Origin: Paraspadella gotoi
Lineage: Eukaryota; Animalia; Chaetognatha
DNA length: 64,000 nt
Direction: 5' to 3'
Assembly: GCA_051294375.1 (NCBI GenBank)
Contig: CM119265.1
Location: 18,958,631-19,022,630 of the forward strand
Shown piece by piece: positions 54,403-64,000 of the stretch. Made by a program: the position numbers and the translations under genes. The notes beneath the pieces were generated by a model. The model had not been told where the DNA came from, ran no database searches, and saw nothing but the letters and a program-made list of their open reading frames with translations. How positions within the stretch are numbered: position 1 is the stretch's first letter; each line of letters starts with the position of its first letter.

Positions 54403-57273
54403 AATAGTACTAATTTTCACTTACTATTAAGAATCGTAAGGTTGACGGTTGTGACGTCTCCCAACGTCAGCGACGTATCGTCCAACAGTTTGGCTTCTTC
54501 CTCATCTCGAAAATTCCAGAATCGATCGAGGATCTCGCGAAATTTTTCTGGAATTACAAGGAGACACACGACAACTCGCTAATTTTTATATTGTAGTATT
54601 TTTAATTATGCCATTCTTTTTATATTTTCAAGAGGTTTCAGAAGATACTTTTTTATGTAAAATTTAAAACAAGATGTTGTGTTTTTATTTCTTTCTTTTA
54701 GTTGCGTTATATATATTGGTTATATATATTGGTTGTACCAATTTCATAAATAAAAATAAAAATCGTTAAAAAAACAGATTGAAGAAAAAAAAAAAGAGTT
54801 TTAAAATGAAATACGACTTTGAAGGCAACTTTCCTCCGCTCATTGCCAAGTTAAATCAAAATCAATCAATATAAAATTAGGATATATGGACACAAGAAAA
54901 AATAACGTGCGAAACGTCTCGTGCTGATTTTTGTCCTTTAAAATCGTTTCTGCAGCCAAATTAATGATCACTACTGTTTGGTAATATGTGCGATATTACA
55001 CACTGGAACATGTCTGTATCTGACCATAACCCATTGACCATCAACAAAAAAGCTAGAGCGAAGATCAAAACAATAGTTAAAAAATGAAAGCAATATTAGC
55101 TCGAAACGCTTACAAAATTTTAGACCATTGCTTTTTTTATAATGCCCAAAAAAATATTTAATATTATTAAAACGAAAACTTTAACGATAACCTTAATAGT
55201 TAACCGAGACCAAGATGAATATTTTTACCCATCATTTTCCTTAATTTATATGAATCATTTTTGTAATTAGTCAATTAATATAAAATAACAATATGACCAG
55301 ATTCATTTTCAATTTCTTTATGAATGGGAGTTTCTCTGCTTACTCCCCTTGTGTCTAATTTATTTAATATTTTAAAGGTATGTTTCAAAACCTTATATAT
55401 TACTATATTTCACTTTTTTTCCAATTCTTTCAAACAAAAACAACATCATAAAAACATTTTAAATTATAAAAAAAAAATTGATTGAATGATTTTGCGAAAT
55501 AATATTTGAAACTTTGAGAATAATGGATTATGAGGTCAGGAAAAAAATTTTGCAATTCTTAAAAAAATCCAGCTCTAGCCTTTCAATTTTTCTAAAGGCT
55601 GATTTTTTTATTTTTTTGATATTTTTAATTTTCTATTGCAAAACATGTATTTCTCAATTGAGCATAGGTTGGATAAAATTTTTCCCAACAATTGAAAAAA
55701 TTTAACTTTTCTAATTAGGCTTTTTTTGGGGAAATAAATAATAAATTATTATACGATGGTACATCTGAAAGTGATATGTCTCTAAATGACAAAACAAATT
55801 TTTCTTTCAAGTTTTATTTTTGAAATTTTAAGTATTGGTACCACAGAAATAAGTAGATACTCCCGCTTGCCGAAAATTTTATTTAACAAAGATTTGTACT
55901 GCATAATTTTAAAAAACGTTATTTTTTTAATAACTTTTTGAAAGCAAAAGAGGTAGCAAGGTGAATGTGGTTATCAATTAAAGCCTAATCATGGGACACC
56001 TTTCTAAAGAGTTTTATTAAATTATCCATAAATTCTGTTACACAGCTTTTTGTTTAAATCAGAGTTAAAAGTAATAACAGTTTTTTGCTTTAAAAATTTC
56101 AAGAAGACATATTGAAATTTTTTCTTTTTCTTTTGTTATTTTGAAAAGGAAAGACTGAATTAATTTGTTTATTATAACTAAAATTTTTTTATTCCATAAA
56201 TTGCTTATATTTTTTCAGTTAAAGTAAAAAACAAGCAAAAATTTATGTTTAGCTTGATAAAATATTATTTTTAAATATTAAAAATGATTAAATACAAAAT
56301 TGTTTTCAGCTTGATATAAACAGTCTGGACATCTACCTTCTTGTCTGCTAAAAAAATCATCATTTCATTATCTTTAACTGCAAACTAAAAAGCTTGAATA
56401 CTGCTTGTTTATCATATTAAAGTTGTAAAAAATTATATAGCTTGGTAACATATTTGACAAAGAAAAACTTCATTGTTAATTTGTATTTGATACTTTTTTA
56501 AATATAGCAAGGAATTTTACTTCATTAAAATATTATACATCCATTTTAAATTAGAAGAATAATCATAATCTACCAATAGATACAACACCATTGGTATGAG
56601 GTCCTCTGGACTGATCTTATATGATCAAGATTCTTATTAGATTTTCATTTACTGCCCCCATTTCACAGAGATATAAAGTCATGTTATCATATCAATAAGT
56701 CCAGAATTATCTGTACCCTTTCTGCAACCTGCATTCCAAATTTTCTTTTTTCCCTTTCAAATGTATTAAAATAAAAAAATTATTTGAGGAGAACAATCCG
56801 GCGTGGAGGATGCCATTGGTAAGCCTTAGTTACCCCATTCCCTTATCGAATTTTTTAAATGAGGTTTTTTTTTTTCCATCTATTTGAGACATAACACTAA
56901 CTATTAAGTACTATTATTTTTTATTTTTTTCTATTTACAATTCAGAAAAAGAAAAGAACTTAAAAAAATTTATCATCTTTCCACCCTATATTCAGTCATC
57001 ATCAAAAAACAAAAAAAAAGATTTTGCATTTGATATTTTGATTCAGCATATGAACTATAACGCAAAAAAAAAAGAAAATTAAAATTGAAAGATTGAATAT
57101 TCAGATTTGAGGCAACTTCGGACAGCTCAATCAGTTACCAAATCTCATATTACATTAGGTCATATACAGGATTTGGGATTTTACTACAGAAAAATCTTTC
57201 AGATTAAAAAAATTTTCACAAGTTTGCAAATAACGATTTTCTAGCGGCGGGTTGTCGTGTGTCACCAATAGAT

Positions 57274-57313
<40 letters not shown>

Positions 57314-59319
57314 CTCTCTCCTCTCTCTCTCTCCTCTCTCTCTCCTCCCTCCCTCCCCTCCCTCCTCTCCCCCTCCCAACTACCAGTGGCAGTATTCCGC
57401 ACAAATTGGGATCCATGTCCGGCGTTCCCGCCTGCAACGAACTTCCAAAGTCCAACAGCTTCGCTCCGCATAGTAAACGGAGACCACTGAGTTGTCTTCG
57501 CCTGACAGAATCCGCAATCACCCATACTAATGCAATTCACAGTGTGAGAGGTCACTCTTAGGTTCTCTCGGTCTCACCAGAAGCCAGTCCTTCGTCAAGC
57601 ACGAACCCGATGTTGTACTTTATTATGGATCCGTCCTTGATGAGGGCGACCATACCTGATGGAAATGTCGATTTAAGTCCCCTTCACTCGCCAACGAACT
57701 TAATGTACATTGTACAGTTAAATATGATGTTTTACGTAATTTAATTATTAGTAATAACCTCGTTCGCCTCCCTTCTCTTCGTCGGGAACGAAGGAAATGT
57801 GGACAGTTCGAAGAAGCGTCTTTCCCTCGGACTTGAGCCGACGAACAGCTTCGAGATGCTGCATTCCGACGCACTTCATGTCCTGAAGGAAAACAGTTTG
57901 TAAGCATTTAATTATCACGCAATTGGCAATTTGTCTTCAAGTGCAAAATCAGGTTTACACTTTTATATTAAGAAAAAAAAAAGAAGAAATAATGAGAGAA
58001 ATTATTAGAAATTATTAGAAAATTTAAAAAAAACTTTTGAGCTATAAGTGATTATCACAACTGAGTATTCGATATATTCGGTATAACCTGGGTTCCTCTG
58101 CCGAAAATCTCCGAGCTCCGAAAGGATCGTGGCTCCACCGGTCGCGGAAAACTAGTTATATTAATTCAAACTTGTTCTCACTAACTTTCCTGTCGATACG
58201 AGTGTTAATTGATTAAATTTACCAGGAACGACGTCCATGTGGGAATTGAGAAACAAAGAAGGCAACGAAGGATCAGTTCCTGCCCACGTCATCACGACCA
58301 CAGGATCCCCGACTATAGAAATACAGACTTAATTTTATTGCGGAAATATTTTTATTTTATTTTCATAATATCCATCTAACTTTCTATGTACGTTTAGATG
58401 TCAGTTTTTACATCAATTGTACCCGGGTTCAAAATCTCGCACTCCAGTCCAATTTCTTCGGCTTGTTTTTTCAAAAAAGCCACGGCGCTGGTATAGTCCG
58501 GATTTGGATGCATGGTGTTGCATCGAAGATAGTCGCGAAATCGACCGGTGGCGGCGTCTTCTTCATCCATTTCCAAAGGTTTCTTAATCGTAAAATAATC
58601 ATAATGGGATTAAAATATAAATATCTTCAAAGTTTTTCTAAAAACAAGACGAAAAAGACGATACATATCAAAATTTTTAATTCTTTTCGTTCCGAAAAAG
58701 ACCCAAAAGATCAACTTGAATTAGAAACTGGCGTTACCAGATTTTTGTTCGCCGAATTATTATTTTTTTCTTCGGTCTAAAGGTAAAGCTCGAGTAAACA
58801 AAATGTACGTTCTGTTTTTAACAGAATAGTTCATTAGATAAAATAGCTTTTTTGAAAAGCTTTTTTAAAAGGCTATTTTCCTTCACACCCCTTTTAAAAT
58901 TGTAAATTATTTCCTGCAAATATTTTCTGATAACAACAAAAATACGTTTTCATCTTTTAAATTGTTAATTTTTTTTATCAAAGTTTGAAAGTTTTTGCGA
59001 TGGTTGCATTTTATGCAGGCCCTTGCTCGAACCCCCTCCCTCTCGCCATCCAGAACTGTTCACTTCGGAAAGGAACAAAACTGGGAGATCGTTCAAAGTT
59101 AAGGAATCACGATACTCGTCTCTGATTGGTCGTTCTTCCTTCGTCTCGTTAACTGATTAGTCCGAGTGACGACGTGTTTCTTTTTCACCTCATCTCATCT
59201 CAAGGATCATAAAACTTGATTACACCAGTTTTTTTTTTGTTGTTTTTTTTTTTACAGAAACACATTGTTTTTAAAAGAAAAAAATAAATATCAAAAAAGC
59301 ACATTTACCTATTTTAAAA

Positions 59320-61072
<1,753 letters not shown>

Positions 61073-64000
61073 TTGAAAAATTGTGCGGTAATTTTAGATT
61101 TTAACATTCTCAACAAATTATAATACTATACAGTTTCATTATGTAAATTACACGAATAAAATACTATAATCGAAATAATACAAATCTTCATCTTAATCTT
61201 TAGATGGCACAAGTATTGAATTTAGCAGCCTTTTAAAAATTTTGTTTACGTGTTAATGTTCCAAGGCAAATCTAAGACGATCAAATAAGAATTACAAAAA
61301 TGTAACCGTTGTACTTGTAACTTTACCGGCAAATTCTTTTCTCTTGAATGTTTGAATTTCGTTAAAAAAAGTACAGTATAAATATAAATGTCGCGTTCAT
61401 TTTATTTCTTTGCGCATTGTCTAAAATTGTTTAAAAAATCTTGCCTTCATTTTTAAATTGACTTCGTTATTTTAAGTAAGAATTTTACCTGCACTTTGTT
61501 GTGACTTTTGTTTATGCGAAAAACATTCTGTAGAGGGAACAACTCATATTGCGCGGGGAAAGTGTAAACATTTTTATGACAAATGATAAAATATTCTTCT
61601 GCCTAAAAATTTTAGTTCCTAAATTTTTACTAATAATTTTTTACTAAGATTATTTACAGTCATGTGAAAAAAAAAGTACCACTTTATATCAACCTTTAAT
61701 AATCACCCTGCATGTTAGAATTTTTGCAAAAAAATTTTAAAGTAAATTAAAATTTATTAAAATATGAGGAGTTTGGCATAAATTTTATCAAGATCGGGCT
61801 ATGTATCTGTTTGGGAGCAGTGATTTTTCAAAATAAAATACTCTACAACAAAGCTAAACGTCAAAAAAAATCTAAAAATAAAAAAAATGAAAAGGACATC
61901 CGGAGGGATAACTGAAAAATTGGAATGATACAGATCCTTAAATAATAATTTCAAAGTTATTAGAAAATAAGATGAATAACAGGCTGAAAGTTTTTGAATA
62001 ATATTCGATTTTCCCTTCTTGATTTGGAACACTCAAGTTTAAGAAATCATATCTCTTAAAGTTAAACCGCTTGACCGATTTCGATAAAACATATATATAT
62101 TGATTCATTTTTTAAGAAACTGTATTTTTCTTATATAATTTTAAAAAATATTCTTATGGAGCATCTGGAATTTAATGTTATAAAGAGGCGTGTTTTTTTT
62201 TTTTGCACATGATTGTAAATGATTAATGATGGGAAATGTAGGGCGCATTTTCAATATCTAATTTTTAATGTTCTCAACTCTGAACTGAAATTATTTGTTT
62301 GGACTAATGGACTATTGAATTGTAGAATTTTTAGCTTGATAAAAACATTTGTTCCTTAATTTTCCTATGCAATATCTTATTTTCACAGGTCGTCAAACCT
62401 CACTTAATAAACCTATGCCGCTATGCCCGTAAAATTTTGTCAAAATTTATCCTAATTAAGCAATGAGCAATTAGCAATCGGCATCGAAGACGATCTGGTT
62501 AAGGTCTCATAGAATCTTTATTCATTTCTTTTATTTAACACCAACAACAACAAAACAGAAGTACAATAAATTTAGGATTTTTGAATTTGTTTTCATCGAG
62601 ACGTTGTGGTAGGGAATGAGGGGTAAGTGGACAAAATTGGAAAATGTGAGAGACGAAACCATAAATCTCGACTATTACGAAATAAATGTAAACAAAAAAA
62701 AATACATAAATTTTTTGTTGTTTAATTGTGCAAGTTTCAAAAAGAGAAATAAGGAAAAGGGAAAAAAATCAAATAGAATTTGTTTGTAAATTTGTTTAGT
62801 TTTGTTTTTATGGCTATTATAAATTGAACTTTTATGGTAAAAGAAACACTGCAGTTAATCTCTCAAAACTCGACGATACCGTAGTTAATCAATCAGAAAT
62901 TAAAAGCGAATCTCAGGCAAAAAATACTTTTTTTTGTTGTAATCGAGATTGTATTAACTAATAAAAGAAAATAAAATACCGAGGATGAAATTTAAATAAT
63001 CCTCCCGATTGTTTTTCCCACTCAAAAGGGCGGAGATTTGGGTGGAGCAACGTTGATATGAGGCATTGATTGTCGTTGGGCTTTGAATTGATTACTAATT
63101 ATTTTAATAATTAGTCGTGAGCATTCGCTATAAATTCGGCGACAAAGATATGTGAAGGAACAAAGATGGCCAAAGGGGGAGACAGATAAAATCGGGAACG
63201 TGCCGAAACGAAAAAAAAAATGGAGGTTCTTAAACATTTTTTTTCTTCTTAGTTACGCTTTGCAGATGAAATTTAAATTTTATGTACCACTAATTAACAT
63301 CACGTCAAACAAAAGCCACTAATAGGTACCGACTATCGAATTTAGACTAGTTGCGGGTCTTGGAGGGAAGGATAACGTTTAAAAGAATATATCGATCGCT
63401 GTTAGTCGAGAAACGCTAATTCGAATAAGTGCTTTTAAATCGTGAGGGTCTGTTGCTATATAACACTAATGTATGAAGCAAATTTTTTTTTTAGGTAAAT
63501 CAATAAATTGTGCATCTAAATTAGCATTAAAAATAACAAATAAACAATCAAAAAAGAAACAAAAAACAAAAATAAAAAACACAAAATAGAATATGGAATC
63601 GTTGAAATTCGCTGCTACATTTGTTTTCTTTGGAAACGAAAAGCTATTTTGTTTTTCGTGATTAAATACGAGGTATACAACCACATGCTTTTTATCACAA
63701 TATTTTACAGATCACATCGGTCAATATATACTCAATCACAAATATTTGTACGTAGCTATTTATAATTTAAAACGATTTAAAATCATGGGAACTATATTGT
63801 ACGTATTTTTCTATGAAATTAAAAAAAAAAGTATCATGGATTCTTAATAGGGCAAAATATTTGTTTTTGGGGGGGGGGAGGGAGCAAGGGTTTTGTTATG
63901 TTTTGTTTGTTTACGCAGCTTAAACCCGCAAAAAAAAAAAGCAATTGAGCTATTATAAAAGAGTCAGCCGCGATTTTGAATTATTTCTGTTTTTATCAAT

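Larger units (their letters stand above)
52456..58570 (-). pseudogene. ACY1: Aminoacylase-1 (M20A metallopeptidase family), 11 exons, disrupted as assembled
   Basis: Exons: 58423..58570, 58223..58312, 58088..58151, 57759..57882, 57578..57655, 57384..57501, 54425..54547, 54124..54249, 54004..54041, 53624..53745, 52456..52609. Motifs: [60 protein letters not shown]. Lesions: frameshifting deletion in exon 3, +1 frameshift in exon 6, in-frame TAA at 53743-53745. The gene identity is secure; pseudogene versus assembly error is unresolved. Confidence 0.8.

Overview
Eukaryotic (invertebrate-like) genomic DNA: AT-rich, with short GT-AG introns, many GA/CT microsatellites and several N gaps. Genes reconstructed by hand: (1) an intronless flavin-dependent polyamine/spermine oxidase-like CDS (+, 1118-2548); (2) a 12-exon C2H2 zinc-finger gene (-, 4847-9278, about 915 aa); (3) two GPI-anchored Ly6/three-finger (quiver-like) genes (+, 49340-51059 and 59320-61072), which flank (4) an 11-exon aminoacylase-1 (M20 family) gene (-, 52456-58570) that has two frameshifts and one in-frame stop as assembled. 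The gene-poor middle holds a TTAA-flanked TIR element, an indel-rich 4.2-kb tandem duplication, a 600-bp foldback, and about 16 kb of (CT)nTTACA satellite in two opposite-facing blocks. The most notable observation is a circularly permuted (type P5), nearly P1-less twister-ribozyme-like motif with a covarying pseudoknot (-, 53854-53929). It lies in sense orientation in an aminoacylase intron, next to a tRNA-T-arm-like hairpin. Two other unexplained structured-RNA-like islands were also found. All calls come from reading the sequence by eye; no searches or folding programs were run.
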